A stretch of DNA of 63,240 nucleotides, filler included, from Choristocarpus tenellus KU-1152 (Eukaryota; Protista; Phaeophyceae): NCBI GenBank assembly GCA_964200185.2. It is 10 parts of 10 records of this genome, joined end to end, with 100 filler letters (N's around TTAATTAATTAA, not from the genome) between each part and the next. Parts side by side here need not be neighbours in the genome. Positions count along the whole stretch, not along the records: positions 49,945 to 63,240 come from CAXNAD020001532.1; 9 more parts are not named here. One strand, written 5' to 3'. The position numbers were made by a program, and so were the translations under genes. The notes below the pieces were generated by a model. It saw only the letters and a program-made list of their open reading frames with translations. It was not told the DNA's origin and made no database searches. Positions 49,945 to 63,240 of the stretch are shown in pieces. Numbering within the stretch: position 1 is the first letter of the stretch; each line of letters starts with the position of its first letter.

Positions 49945-51836
49945 CCCCCCCCCCGCCACCCTCCTCTTCCCCATCCTCCTTCTCCCCCTCCCCTCCAATC
50001 CTCCCACCACCTTCACACCCCTCCAAGGACACCTTCACGATATCGTTTCCCCTGCTGACAGAACGCCCTTGCCTTCCCAACAACCCTTTCCCTTCCACCT
50101 GCCCAGCACAATTCTCTGCACAGCTGTCGGTGGTGCAATCCAGGTCTTCCTCCACAACAGCAAGCGCATTGTGCAGTCTAACCCTTTGAAGAGCAAGCTT
50201 CTGGAATGACATCACACCTGACAAGTTCAACCTGCACAAGATTCAAGTGAGCATGAGCGGTATGGACCACGCCAGTCAGCTCATACAATCAATACAGAAA
50301 AATGTAACCGATGACCCCTTTTCGCTAGCTCACAAAATATTGATCCAACACAATAAGAAATTGAGACACCTCATTCACTACTGCGCGGCAAAAGAGCCGG
50401 TACTCCTGTTGCCACGAAAAGCGGTCTGTAGTGGAAGGCCCGTATGCAACCCTACCATGAAAACACCCAAATCATTCAACCACAACACATGCCACCACTG
50501 TAAGAGCTACATCAATGCCCAGCACATGGTCGGGGTATGCTTCTTTGCCGACCTTAAGAAATTTCATTTTATGGGTACAAAAACCCTACTACCAACCACA
50601 CCATACGCCATACAATTCTCGGCAAAACTCAAGCACACACACAAAAAAAAATAATCAAATTTCCAACACGACTAGAAAAACCAAAACCCCTCAACCAGAA
50701 AAAATAAAATCGCGCACGTAAGACCACCCACACAAAAAATAATTAAATTAAATAAAAAATTACATCAAGGCAACAAAAAAAAAGAACTGGTGGAACCCAC
50801 CGACCCCTTCACGCCTCCAAGCAACTCCTCCAGGGTACCACCGCAATTGTACAGCTGACCACCACCCACCTAGTTCTAACATTGCCCTCATATCTTCCAG
50901 GTCTTTCCTCCTTAGTCTTGGCCCTCTCCAGCATTGCAGCACCTCGAAGGGGTACAGGGGATGTACCCCTTCGAAGGCGTCCTGGGGGGACAAACCTGTT
51001 GCCCAAACATTGCATTCCAATACAGAAGGGCTGTTACAGGTGAAAACACTGGTATGGGTCTCCCCAGAGGAGATCATCTTTTTTGGTAAACCATGTACAG
51101 AAAAAAAAAACTCTACAATCTTCTTTGCTTTTTACTAGTTCAAGAGACTTTTTTTTTAATCATTTTTTGAATGCATGATTTTATAAAATCTTTTTTTCTT
51201 TAGCAAAACAACAAAGTTTATAGTTTTAGTTTTCCCAAAGCACAGGGGCGCGGCTCTAAAAAAAGCAGAAAGAAATAATAATTTAAAAAAACTGCAGGTG
51301 TGTGCCCAACTCGTGGAGATAATAAAAAATATATGTATCAACACTCACAGACAAGAGTCCGACAACCTGCAATTCACGGCCATACCAAGGAAAAGACAAG
51401 AAAAAATATATATCAATTTTTTCATCAATCTTAAATGAGATGCGTGTGGACAGAAAGACTGCCATCACCTACACGCATACCGTCTTTTTTTTATTTATTA
51501 AATCCTTTGAACGAAAAAAAAATACTCATCAGAAAAAAAAAAAAATCATGACAAGGAACGCCATCCCACTGCGAAAACGTTCTCAGCACATTCTCGAAAG
51601 ACACAAATCGACAACTGCACCGACTCTTGTTCCACGACACTGTAGTCTCCACTCCAAACCTGCCCCAACACACCCAACCCCTGCACACACCCCTGACCTT
51701 CATCCTCTGCTCGCCAACGTACCCTCACCTGTCCCCCATCTGTACAGCAACAAGTGCCTCCCCCTCAGGGTTGTTGAGCTGCACATCAACAAGATGCTGA
51801 TCCAATATACCGTAGCTGAAGCAATGGGCGGCAGGC
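49945..51836 (-). CDS. Exons of an unknown gene (possibly the continuation of the 58010-63024 gene)
   Basis: Exons 51836-51729, 50995-50870 and 50231-gap, all phase 2, read open. Confidence 0.5.
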
Positions 51837-52704
51837 CTGCCAACAAAATAACAACACCACAGCAGCAGGAGAGGTGATAAAAATAAAATACTACAATGAA
51901 CAAAAGACCGTCGGAATCGAGAACACTTTGGATAGTCTCTGACCAAAGACCAAGACAGCAAAAAGACGCACTGCTTTAACAACACCGCCTACAAACCACT
52001 TCAAGTCGTGCCAGCAACTCATCCTCCAAAACAAAGCGCGGCAATTGTTGGCACCACACTCTCCCGGCGAACCACACAACCTTGGTGAGGCGTTGGCGAC
52101 GGATGAGGGCGATGAACTTGTTGACTGTTGTACATCAGGACTGTTCCCGCCAACAGAAGGCTGGTTCGGTTGTGACTTTCATCCCTTGGAGATGAAGAAC
52201 CCACATGGTGTCGACTAACCACTTCTAGTGATGATACTTCTAGTGATGATACTTCTAGTGACATTTTTCATCATTACCACACCCTAACCCTAACCCAGAG
52301 TTTCAACCACAGTAATCGCTACTGCACAGTACTGAGCCATGGACATGCCAGAAATATCGTAATGATACTGAAATGTAACGTACCATCCTGAGGGAAAGTA
52401 TTAGATTGAGGAGGGTGCTATCCACATTCCACATGGCAAGCACAACAGGTTGCACACGTGTGATTCTATCCTATAGGTCGATATGAGGTGGCTACTGCAC
52501 AGGGTTTGAGGGAGGAGGTGGAGCAACAAGCGGTGGGGTGAGTGAACACAACTCACAAGAAGCAAGGCACAAATACAGGCAGTGCGACCAGCTGTAGTCC
52601 AATAGTTAGTCGACACAAAGCTACCACAGAGTAGTTTGTGTTTGCATGACCAGTTGTGTTGTGTGCATTGCCTCTGATCACAGGACAAAATAGTCCTGAG
52701 ACTT

Positions 52705-52850
52705 GATAATGATAATGATAATGATGATGATAATGATAATGAAAGTGAAGCAGAGAGTAATGATAACAATCGCAGTGATACAATTATCACAGTGATACAA
52801 TTATCACAGTGATACAATTATCACAGTGATACAATTATCACAATGATAAT
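52705..52850. repeat. (GATAAT)n tract plus 17-bp repeat (CAGTGATACAATTATCA)x4
   Basis: Direct reading. Confidence 0.9.
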
Positions 52851-53654
52851 GATCACAATCACAAAGTACTTGGTATCCTTGTGTGCATCGTCGTAGCATA
52901 GCTTTGGCCCATCAAAAGGACAACACAACGACGCTATTAGCACTGTGCTATCACTATTTGTACACCAAATGCCACCACCATCAAAAACTACAGTATACCA
53001 TTTATTGTCAATCAGCTCAGAATACGATACGACTGCAGAAGCACAAAAACACAAAATAGCACAGGGTTTTACACCTGGGCTACCATCCTGTCTACACCTA
53101 CACCACACAAAAGAACAAACAATATCAGCACTGAAGAACAAACTTCAAGGCAGATCGAGACAAGACTTGAGGGATGAGACAGAGTGACATGAAGTGCAGT
53201 GGCAGTACTGAACCTAACCCTAACCCTAAGCAAAGACATACCACGGGCACTAAAACTAACCACACGCAATGCAACAGTGAAGGTGCATCTTTTTCAACAT
53301 TTTTCAAGCCCATCTATAGTCTCGAGTCGTTGATCTACCAAATCGGAAGGAAGGGTGAAAGCGCTCTAAAAAACGCCCAAGGTTCTGATTGGTCGCTCTA
53401 ACAGTCACCAAATAGGATTTTTTCATTGTTTTGGCAGAATAGGCTGGAGACTTCTGGTTTGTATTTTTTTTCACTCAAATCAGGGATACCAACTACAAAA
53501 AGTATATAGTACGAGGATCCATAAGCAGCTCTCTTTCTTGTCTCCTTCATTTTGACTCTTTACAGTGCTTGATAACTTGCACAGGCAGAAAATTTACCTG
53601 CCCAATATAGACTCGATTGTCATTGGGCTCATGACATCACCTAAACCTAGAGTG

Positions 53655-53785
53655 GACCATACTATTACTACTGATATTTCTAAACCATACTATTACTACT
53701 GATATTTCTAAACCATATTATTAATACTGATATTCCTAAAACATATTATTACTACTGCTATTACCATTATTATTACTACTATCAC
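53655..53785. repeat. 28-bp tandem repeat (ACCATACTATTACTACTGATATTTCTAA), ~4 decaying units
   Basis: Direct reading. Confidence 0.85.
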
Positions 53786-54276
53786 TATCTGCTTGCTTTG
53801 GTCTTGAACTTTTCCACTTCCTCCACCCTTGACCGGGAACTTTTTTATTATATTAATAGTAAAAAATAAAATAAAAAATCTGCTGAATCCTTACCTAACC
53901 CCCTTGACCTGTGGTCTGATGGCAGTGCACACTGCAATATTTCTACCCTAATAAACTAGCTGTTACACTTCAAGTAATTCCACTGTCCTGTGCATGCCTT
54001 TGGATTCAGAAATCCCATCACTTGTCTGCAACGAATCTTCACCACCATGATCGACATCTCTCCCAACAATTTCTTGTGGCTTGGCGCAAGGGGGGTAAGG
54101 TGAAGGTGGATGTTTCCAATGCACTGAAAACATGGTGGATCACAGCCGAATTTCCTGGGAAGAAAATCTGACCTCCACCTGGATTCAAACCTCAGCAATA
54201 CTGTTACATAATGAAGCTGACTATCACGTAAACTGAGACTTCACAATTAAATAATGTCAAGACAAAATAAAAAAAT

Positions 54277-54945
54277 AGACCCATTATCACACCCTCATTA
54301 CCTTCTCAAGAGTCCATAGTGAGGTGTTGTCTGCCCGCTCCATGGTGGAGTATGCCAGGTGGGGGGGAGTGACCCTTGCCAGAGAGCCTAGACAGGAAAA
54401 GAGGGACCAGGAATTGAGGAGCCAGGCCACTTGTTTGTCCTTCATCTCGCTGAGGTGCATGACTAGTAACCGTGAGTCAGAGCTCTCGATTACCTCAACC
54501 ATGTGGGTTTGGATGAACCTATCTGTTCCCACATGTAACAAACCCATTTGAGTTCAGGACCAGGCTGAATCCAACTGTGGTTAGAAGCTCCAGTATTGAG
54601 GGGATGGGTTGGTGACCCTGGGGAGGTGCGGCAGAGGTCTTGTCCATATTCAGGGCAATGCCTACCTCATGAAGATCAGTTTTTAGCTGCTCGAAAACAG
54701 CTATGGTGTCAGGGCTGATCTCCCTTGCTGAAATGGATGTGTCATCTAGATAGCTTCGGGAGGAAACCCCCTGGGGTTCAAAGGTAAACTGAACCCATTG
54801 TAGGGCTTTGGAGGTCCCCATGCAATATTGGAGGGGTCCAAGGGGGTCCCCTTGTTGTGCCCCTGACCTCGATGGCAACATCTTCGCTCCTCCCTCATCC
54901 AGAGGGAAAATAAGATAACGGGTGTCTCCACACACCTTGGACACT
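54277..54945 (-). mobile_element. Non-LTR retrotransposon RT fragment (inverted 5' part)
   Basis: SRSGAQQGDPLGPLQYCMG and SYLDD RT motifs, then GIALNMDKT and GFVT. Confidence 0.9.
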
Positions 54946-55040
54946 TAGGGTTCATCAAGGCTCTCCCCGAGACTCAACCGGGGCTGCTGTTACATTACTT
55001 CACAAGGCTGCTGTTACATCCCTATGTGTAATAAATGAAC

Positions 55041-56650
55041 TTGTTACATTGGGGACTCCTGTAACAGATGGATTCATCCAAACCCACATGGTTGAAGTAA
55101 TTGAGAGCTTTGGATCACGGTTACTAGTCATGCACCTCAGCGAGATCAAGGACAAACAAGTGGCCTGGCTCCTCAATTCCTGGTCCCTCTTCTCCTGTCT
55201 AGGCTCTCTGGCAAGGGTCACTCCCCCCCACCTGGCATACTCCACCACGGAGCAGGCAGACAACACCTCGCTATGGACTCTTGAGAAAGTAATGGATTTA
55301 GCAGACTCGGCGAGGGCGATGGACTTCTTTGAAGGGGGATGTGACAATGGGTCTCTCCGCCTAGAGACATATCCACAAGTGCAGGCACAGATACCCACAA
55401 GAACAGGGTGATTGGGCCTCTCCTCTATGAAGTACCACCAACATGCAGCATTCGTAGTATCACTGGTGGCTACACTCCCCACCATCCTGGCAAGGCAAGA
55501 AGGGCCTCATGGCGAGTCTTTCTCACAAGCCATATGCACGAGCCCCGCCGTAAGGGCCCTAGCATCATCCATCCACACCTCTCTACAGAAGTCCCCTCAG
55601 AAGGCTTGGCAGAAAATATTGGCCAAGGCTGGATAACCTGGGGGGGAACAACATCCCCCACACCGGCCCCAGAGGTCCACACTTTGGCAGCCCATGATGC
55701 CAGGACTACAAGGAGGGCACAACATGAGATCACCCACCATGAGATAACCCACCTCCTGGACAGGATCCACTTCGACTCTTTCCAGAGAAAATTGACCGTC
55801 TTACCTGATGAAGTGGAGCAAGGGAAGGAAAGTTCCTTGCTGACCCTGGCACCCCACTGAAGCTAATGTAGACAAGGGGCAAATGCATGGGCCTCAGCAC
55901 AACCCCTGGAGCCAGCATGCCAGATTCCCCCTGTTGAGTTTAAACTCACCTCCACCAGATCCTTAGGGAGAGAGGAGGCCCTATCAAACAGGTGCCCGGT
56001 GACTGAGTGCAGGAGGCAAAATGTAGACGCCAGACATGCACGTACCTGTCCTAGGGCTGGAGGACAGGTACGCCAACACACATCGATGGCGATCCATCTG
56101 GGCCAACTCTGAAAAGGAAGGGCATCCCTTGCACTATGGAGGATGGTAGCCCCATGAACAGTAGATAGGAATTTCCGCATGGATGTGGTCTTCCATGCAG
56201 GGGCGCTTGCAGACGCCGGATCAGCTCCCTACCAAGACAAAGACCTCCTCCTAGATTATTTGTTTGCGGCATCGAAAGCAGCCTCCCATCTACTCTGCTT
56301 ACCCACCAGCAATGATGTGTAGCTGCTGCTACAGATGAGGTGAAAAAGTGCACCCACTGTGAGGGCTCTTTTGACCCTCGTAGTTACAACCTCAACACCT
56401 TGACGGTGGAAAGTTTTGAGCACCTCAGTAAGCAAGTGGAAAGCCTCCTGGGTGAGCTAGTTACGCACGTGTTAGAGGGGAGAGGAACTGTAGGCTACAG
56501 CAGGAAAGGGGCGGTCAAATCCCACCTACAACATATAGTGTCTGTCACAACACAAGTAGCCCTATCTTGACGTGTCATGCGTTTTAAGCTGGAGACACCA
56601 GGGAGATGGGCAAGGAGGGGCTTGTTATATGCTTGGGATGCTTCCCTAGA
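55041..56650 (+). mobile_element. CRE-like RLE non-LTR retrotransposon, 3' part (degenerate)
   Basis: VTLGTPV (RT domain 7), PTRTG*LGLSS (GGLGL motif with a stop), CCHC finger CPVTECRRQNVDARHARTC, and RLE-type motifs FRMDVV, E..K and LTVESF. Frameshifted; 3' end approximate. Confidence 0.8.
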
Positions 56651-56796
56651 TCCTCGCTCACTTGTGAAATAGAAAATAGATTAATGCTCTTCACATTTAT
56701 GACAACTTTGCTTTTTAGGGATTTTTTCTGACCTGAGCAGTTTTCATTGGTTTTTCCTCTATAGTGTTGGCAGTCGCCTCTAGGATCAGACTGGTG

Positions 56797-57095
56797 TTGA
56801 TTTTTTTGTTAAAGGTTGCACAACAAGTTAAATGGCGATCAGCATATCAAAGGAAAGCCCTTGATGTAAGCTATCGATTTTTGGAAAGGAATTCTTTAGG
56901 AAAATTATTTGAAGGTTAAATTTTAACCAAATGTTTTCGGCACAACCTTGAAAACGTTCCGGAATGAATTATCACGACCAAAAGCATCTTTCCAAAAAAA
57001 AAAATCCTTTCCATAAATCGATAACCTAGATCCAGAGCTTTCATTTGATATGCTGATCGTTGACTAACTCGTTGGGCAACCTTTCCAAAAATCAA
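56797..57095. mobile_element. Foldback/MITE-like element with ~95-bp inverted arms
   Basis: 56797-56894 is about 80% identical by eye to the reverse complement of 57002-57095, with a ~105-bp spacer. Confidence 0.8.
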
Positions 57096-57711
57096 GATTG
57101 GTACCCCCCAAAACGGTACGTGGGCTAACCTCGGCATAATACTATTGAAGTCACTCACAGGACACAGGACACTGGAAATTGAACCCGATAGAGATGGTCT
57201 GGGGGCGGGCGAAGCACTATGCATGAGGCCACTGGGACTACACGTTGCCTGGAATGAGAGGCAACATTCCTGTCAGTCTTAAGGATGAAGGGGGGTTGTC
57301 CAGAGTAATTGCGGAGAGGTTCTTCAGGATGAGTATTGCTTACCACCTGATATGTTCCAACAAGAAAGGCATGGAGTGCACCAAATTGGACAGGGTGTAC
57401 AAGACATTTAAGTCTCACTGGAGGCCTGCACCTTCAGAGTACCTCATTTGACTTGGCATGGATTGTCTGGTTCAAAGGCCGGGGCCCACATAAGTGAGCC
57501 TTAACCAGCAGGTGACAACATCGCATAAACGGGAGAATGGAAAGAGAATGGAGAGACAACAACGCCCATGTTCTCTGGGTGAAGATGGCCTCTTCTGACG
57601 TCAAAATCGTCCTGACATTCACGAAAGACAAGATGAAAAGGACATCAGCACCCGGTGAGAGGTGGATGGTGATAGTAGTCAAATGGTTCGGGTAGACAAC
57701 AGCCTTTGTGT

Positions 57712-57747
57712 GACAAGTTGGACAAGTTAGACAAGTTGGACAAGTTG
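57712..57747. repeat. (GACAAGTTR)x4
   Basis: Direct reading. Confidence 0.9.
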
Positions 57748-58009
57748 CTTTTGCCCGACATACATTGTTATTTTTGAAACTTGTCTCATCTATCATGTGA
57801 CCCCATCGACCGTCCCCTTTCCCCTCCCTTCACTGAGAAACACAGGATGCATCCAAGTCGACGCCAGCTTACACACTGATGAAGAGTAGCTCTCTTCACA
57901 ATGAGAAGAGACTGGATTCCATCTACAGTGTAAGTATATAGTGTGCGAAAAACCTGAGACGATAGCCCAGTGTGACGACAATGGGCTCGATCTGTTCCTA
58001 AGGAGATAC

Positions 58010-61000
58010 CTCCAAGCGTGTGGAAAATGTTGGGATGGGGGAGGGGCAGGATCCGTTCCACGCTCGACGCAACCAGAAGGACAAAGGTCAGCGCATGGCC
58101 TGCGCTCCGTTGGCATTGGTGCGTTTGTGCCTGTTTCTGAAAATAGGATATGGCGAAGATAACCTATCTCTCCAGTGTCCCTTGCAACTACCTCTTTGAG
58201 TGCTTCATTCCTACGCCTTACGCAATATTTCTTGAAGCCCAAGCTGTTTTGGATTTAACCTTTACGAGAAAGTTGTTGACCAATAGTCAGTCCTATGAGC
58301 TATTTCTGTGTCTCTCTTGGTACAAACAATATGGACTGCTGCAGTCCTTCAATGGCCAGGATGGGGTATTGCAGGGAACAAAACCCTTTGCTTGGACAAC
58401 AGGGGGTAACTACACCAACGGGAAAGAGGAGATGCTTTGTCAGGTAGTAAAGGACTGTGCTCCAGCAGTCCCAGGAGGAAAAGCACAGGGGATCCTGTGG
58501 TTGGGTAGTATAGATGAGTAATGCCTGGGGAGAAGGGGGGCTGTGCCTCCTGTGCATAGACTTCAACCCCAAAAGTAGTTATCTGGAAATTCGAACTAAA
58601 TGATATTGCATCAAGCTTATTGTATTCTGGACAAAGATCATTCACTTCCATGAAGTTTAAAACAAAAAATATGGACTCCAGGTGTAAGGAGGGGGTATCT
58701 GACCATAGTTCCAAATATGTACTGCTTCACATACATAGACCATCTTAATTAAAAATAACCCAAAATATGTTACATGATGCTACAGATTTCTTTTGAGTCT
58801 TACAAAGTAGTGTGCAGAATCAAACCCCATTCTTCTCAGCTCCTATGCCGCCATCCACCATTAGAAAAGCCCTAACATTGTCGCCCCAGTCAATTTTATA
58901 AACAAGTGCTGTAATATAAATCTTGTGGTGTGTTCAAATTCAATTAAAAGAGCCTTATAAGCAAGTCATGAGGGGGGACTTCAATTCTAAGACTTTAGAT
59001 TCGTGGAAGAAACCTCAATTGTGGAAATTGCAAAACTTGCACGCCATGCAGTCATGATACAACTCCCTTTGGTGGAATTACTACGATGTATTGTGCTTTT
59101 TTCGGACACCGTCGTATCTATTTGAGTATGGACTGCACCATACTGTGGTTTTCACACATTATCGATTCTGCACCAAGGTGTGAAATCACTATCTTGATGA
59201 GCCCTTGTCATTCTGGCTCTTTTCACAAGAGATTATCAATGACTTTTTAGAATCCCATTGGGCAATATATATATCTCAAGCAATATGAATCAAAATCACT
59301 CATGAGTTAAGAGTTCAAATAATCTGTATGTGCTCCATTTTATCATCAAAAAATAAATGCTATCACAAGCTGATGCAAGCAAATCACTTAAGTCTGCAAG
59401 CAGAAGTTGCATTGCACATTAATAACAAAAAAAAATATCTGGTTTCGACCAATCAATACGATCAGCAACTGTATTTACTCTTATTTTTATTAAAAAAAAA
59501 TTCTTTTTCATGAAGTGTCCAAAAAAAATTGGGGGGGTAATATGAAGCGTTTTTCCCTATTAATAAAAAGCCCATGTAGGAACTTCAGAGCGTGTTTCAT
59601 CTTTTTTTTTAGCCTTCTTGTTTTGATGACACTCTTATTCTCTGAAAACTGAGGCATTAGACAAAATGGTGATAACAACAATTTATTTACATCTGATGAG
59701 AATATATATAATGTAGCACTTCCACTTTTAGGTGGAAAAAAACGGAGAACGTGAAGCTAATTTCTTGTTGTCATGAATCAGGCCTTCTGAGTGGGGCATT
59801 ATTAGTAGATTGAATCAAAGGTTACTAAGGAGCATATGCCATGGTGAAGTTGAGGACAATGTTGACAAAGAACTTTGTCTTGAGAGCTAAACTAGCTAAC
59901 TCTAACTCAACCTGTAGAAACAGCAGGTATTTCCATCTGTCCTTCTGGGAGTGCCGGGGACCATCACACGCACACACTGCAGTCAGGAGACACGTAATGC
60001 TCTGGGATAATCTCCGTCACCAACTCTTTTCCTTCAGTTATGGAGTCTGCATGAGTGAGGGCTAAAGCAAACTAACCTACAACATCAGCAACTATAAACA
60101 CAATCACGCACACACACACACCTATTCAAGCTCCTCCATAACTTCAAACTCACCCAATGCCTGGGAAATCTCCATCCTGCGTATCCTTTGCCTTGACGGC
60201 TCTGCTCCCCTTTTCTTTGTCTGCGGCTCCTTTCAAGTCTTCCTTATTCCAGGGAATGACCTGGTGCTTAATGTTCTCAACAGCATCAAAGGAGAGACAT
60301 TTTGCATAGAGTGGGGGCAGGGGTGGGGGGGGGAACAGGCAAGGTTAGTATTTCTTTTTAGTAACATTTGTTTACCTAGACCTCTTGACAATGGAGAGGC
60401 AAAACATAACCGATGTTTGTGAGTCCATGTGTCACATAACCTCAACCGACTAAACAAGATACAGCACACTCCTCACCAAACACAAGAAGATGGGTAGAAA
60501 CAGGGGGTCAAACCTTGCTTCAAACTCACCCAATTGAAATATTAGGGGCACAAGCCCTACCCATTGAACCAACCCTATATCAACAAATGAGACCATAACC
60601 TCTACAAATTTTCAAGCACACGACGACCTAATATCTGTACCCCAAGCTCCACAATGTTCATAGACAAATTATCACACCACTGCAAGAACCACAAAATATA
60701 TGCATGTATGTATATCAATAGACAAATGGAGTGGGAGGGTAAACACCCAGAACTCTCCCCCCCTCCCATCCCTTTCCCAAGCACCATTAATTCCACATTT
60801 TTTTCTGGTGACATCTTGGTCATCACCCTCTTCCTAGCCTCAAAGCGTTCTTGTGCAGGCCCAAATGCCTTGGTGGAGGCAGGTATTGCCAAGAATCTGC
60901 ATCACTTGGAGAAAAGTTAAGCCAACAGTTAGACTCAACTGGTATGTGAACGTAGTCAGAGTTAAGGATGGGACTGCAATTTGCAGAGTATAGTTGTATG

Positions 61001-61669
61001 TACGGCGTGCATGACTGCACATCTTGATGAAGAAAAGGAAGAACTGTTGAGGAACATGTTTTTTTTGTCTTGAGAAAAAAATAAAGCGAGCTCAAGTAAA
61101 ATGAATCTGACGCTAGAAGCGTAGTGCTAGTATCTGCTCCAGAGTGTCAAAATAGCAACTATGGAGAAGAGAGTACTTGTTCTCAGTTTTACATGGTTTT
61201 AAGGTACAAAAATGGGTGAGAATCAAACCTATCAACTCAGGACTCCGTTCAGAGCATATCACACCCAAAAAAACTAAGCACACCCATGCCCAAGATGAAC
61301 ACAACTGCAATGATTTGCTTGCCTCACCAGGCTAACTTCATCAAGGTTATCTTGAACTTTCACCCTTCATGTCCAGACTTTTTGTGGGATCACGCCAAAT
61401 TCAGACAAGTGCAAGCACTAGTGCACAAAAAAAATAACATTATAGAATCAAAACAGTGACAACAACACAACCCAGCCAGCCAGCATCAGCAAAATGTAAA
61501 ACTCTGAAAAGGTGTAGAGGCTGGTTGTACACACAACCCAAAGCGACCATGACAGACACAAAGTTATTGGGGACATTTTAAATTTTTAAATTCTGGGGTG
61601 TCGATGCAACGTGGCAAAAAAAAATCCAAAAACACATGCGACAAAATGCAAAATGGGCTGTGAAATGTG

Positions 61670-61710
<41 letters not shown>

Positions 61711-63024
61711 CAGAAACGAATTACAATATTAAGAATAACACCAAAAGATAACACAACCTCCTTACGAAAAGGAAAAAATAGCACCAAAGACCAGAAAAAT
61801 ACAAAAAAAGTGCATGATACCGCAAAAAAAAAAACGCACGTACGGTGCCTGAGGTCAGCTTCGTGTAAGCCTTGAGTTGATTTTAAGGACCCACTGCACC
61901 AACTACACAATATTTGTGCAAATATTACGTATCGTCTGGTGCATATCAACTATTGTACAGAAAAAGGTTGTCCATTAACCTGTTCATACATAGGTCAGAT
62001 TACTTACGGATTGTTGGGAAACACATAAGTGTGATCCTATTCCTACCACATACTAAATGAAACATCTAGTCAACATCCATACCAAGAGATTTCCCCCTGC
62101 GTTTGCTTTTCATACTCCAGTCAGACAAGATCCCAAAGCATTGCACAAATTTGCATGGTCATGCGTAATGTATCCACCCAAGAAAACCAAACCATCCATG
62201 AAAAACAAAATACTTATCCCAAGGCTACTGATTGAAGTACGACAATGAACACGCAATGTGGACAAGCTATACTCTCAACCACAAGCCGTTTCACAGTCCT
62301 CTTACACAATACCCCCCCAAAAAGGACGAACCTCTTGTTAACACTGTGGAAGTCACCCCTGGAACCCAGCTCATTGGCAGTGAACTCCCTACAATCGTTG
62401 GAGAACCGCTGGCCTCTTGGCTCCTCCTCTGCTTCATCTTCAACACTCAAACCTGCAATAACATAGTGCAGATATAGATGCACAGGTCCACAACTTAATA
62501 ACAGCTTCATCACAAGCAACACAAACAGACCACCAGAGGTCCTAAAATACACGTACAGCCCTATGATGCATTCAGTCCAACATGGTTCGTCAAGGGAAGG
62601 GCAGGCTCCTCAATCGGATCATTAATTCAATACATTCCAATCCCCAGTCCCACGTCAAGCACACACAAAGTTACATTACCTAGAGCTGTTGAGTACCTGC
62701 CAAGAGGCCATGGTCTGAGGGTAAGCATGGCGCCCCTCCTTGTCCAGATGAATACTCGAGCAAGTCGATTTTCCTCTCTGTTTCGATTAGTTCCTTCAAG
62801 GTACTGGAAACATCGTCCCCCCAATATAATTCATCAACGTACACCGGCCTTTGGAACTGCCGCTGTAAAGCTTGCTGAAGGAGAGGGGCATGATAAGCCT
62901 TCCACCTGGGTAGATGGTATTTTTTGCGCAACTTGGGTACTGTGCAATCCATTGTGTTCTTGTTGGGACTATTTTCAGGTCCTGGGTGCTTGTTTCTCAC
63001 AAGAGGTACATCATACAACATGCT
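58010..63024 (-). CDS. Multi-exon gene of unknown function (starts beyond the window)
   Basis: Exons 63024-62697, 62452-62332, 60896-60785, 60260-60154 and 58243-58010 join in frame (phases 1,2,0,2) at GT/AG. Confidence 0.65.
61672..61708. repeat. (TAA)n microsatellite
   Basis: Direct reading. Confidence 0.95.
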
Positions 63025-63240
63025 CTGGCTGGATGGCGTTGAAGGGTGTGGATGAGGACTGCCAACGTCCACCGTTTGGCTAACACCATCAAATGTGTGA
63101 AGGGTGTAACGAACAATATGTACGATGATGCCAGTTCCTTTTTGGTGGTGCTCCCCACTCAGTCCAAATCCCCCCCCCCCCAAGTCACCCCAAAATCTGT
63201 TGCACTTTGCTCAAAAATCCCTTCAACACATGTTAAACCC

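Overview
Eukaryotic, intron-rich genomic DNA, most likely an ochrophyte or brown-alga-like stramenopile. This is inferred from GT-AG multi-exon genes, scattered TTAGGG/CCCTAA repeats and a complex-plastid-type targeting presequence. Ten contigs are joined by identical 100-nt N44-TTAATTAATTAA-N44 linkers, and genes cut at these joins do not resume, so adjacency across them is unproven. Spliced models built by hand from splice sites and phase give: the 5' part of CWC22, a two-EF-hand protein, a putative thylakoid-lumen protein, a tetraspanin-like protein, a GARP/Myb (SHAQKYF-class) factor with a variant recognition helix, a secreted cupredoxin + DUF305 + TM protein, and several unknown or low-complexity proteins. 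Mobile and repeat content: two MITE-like families sharing terminal motifs, a foldback element, a CRE-like RLE non-LTR retroelement with a 5' inversion/duplication, an LTR gag-pro relic, a decayed internally duplicated coding relic, and several mini- and higher-order satellites. The best leads are the copper-protein fusion and the inverted CRE-like element. No database searches were run.
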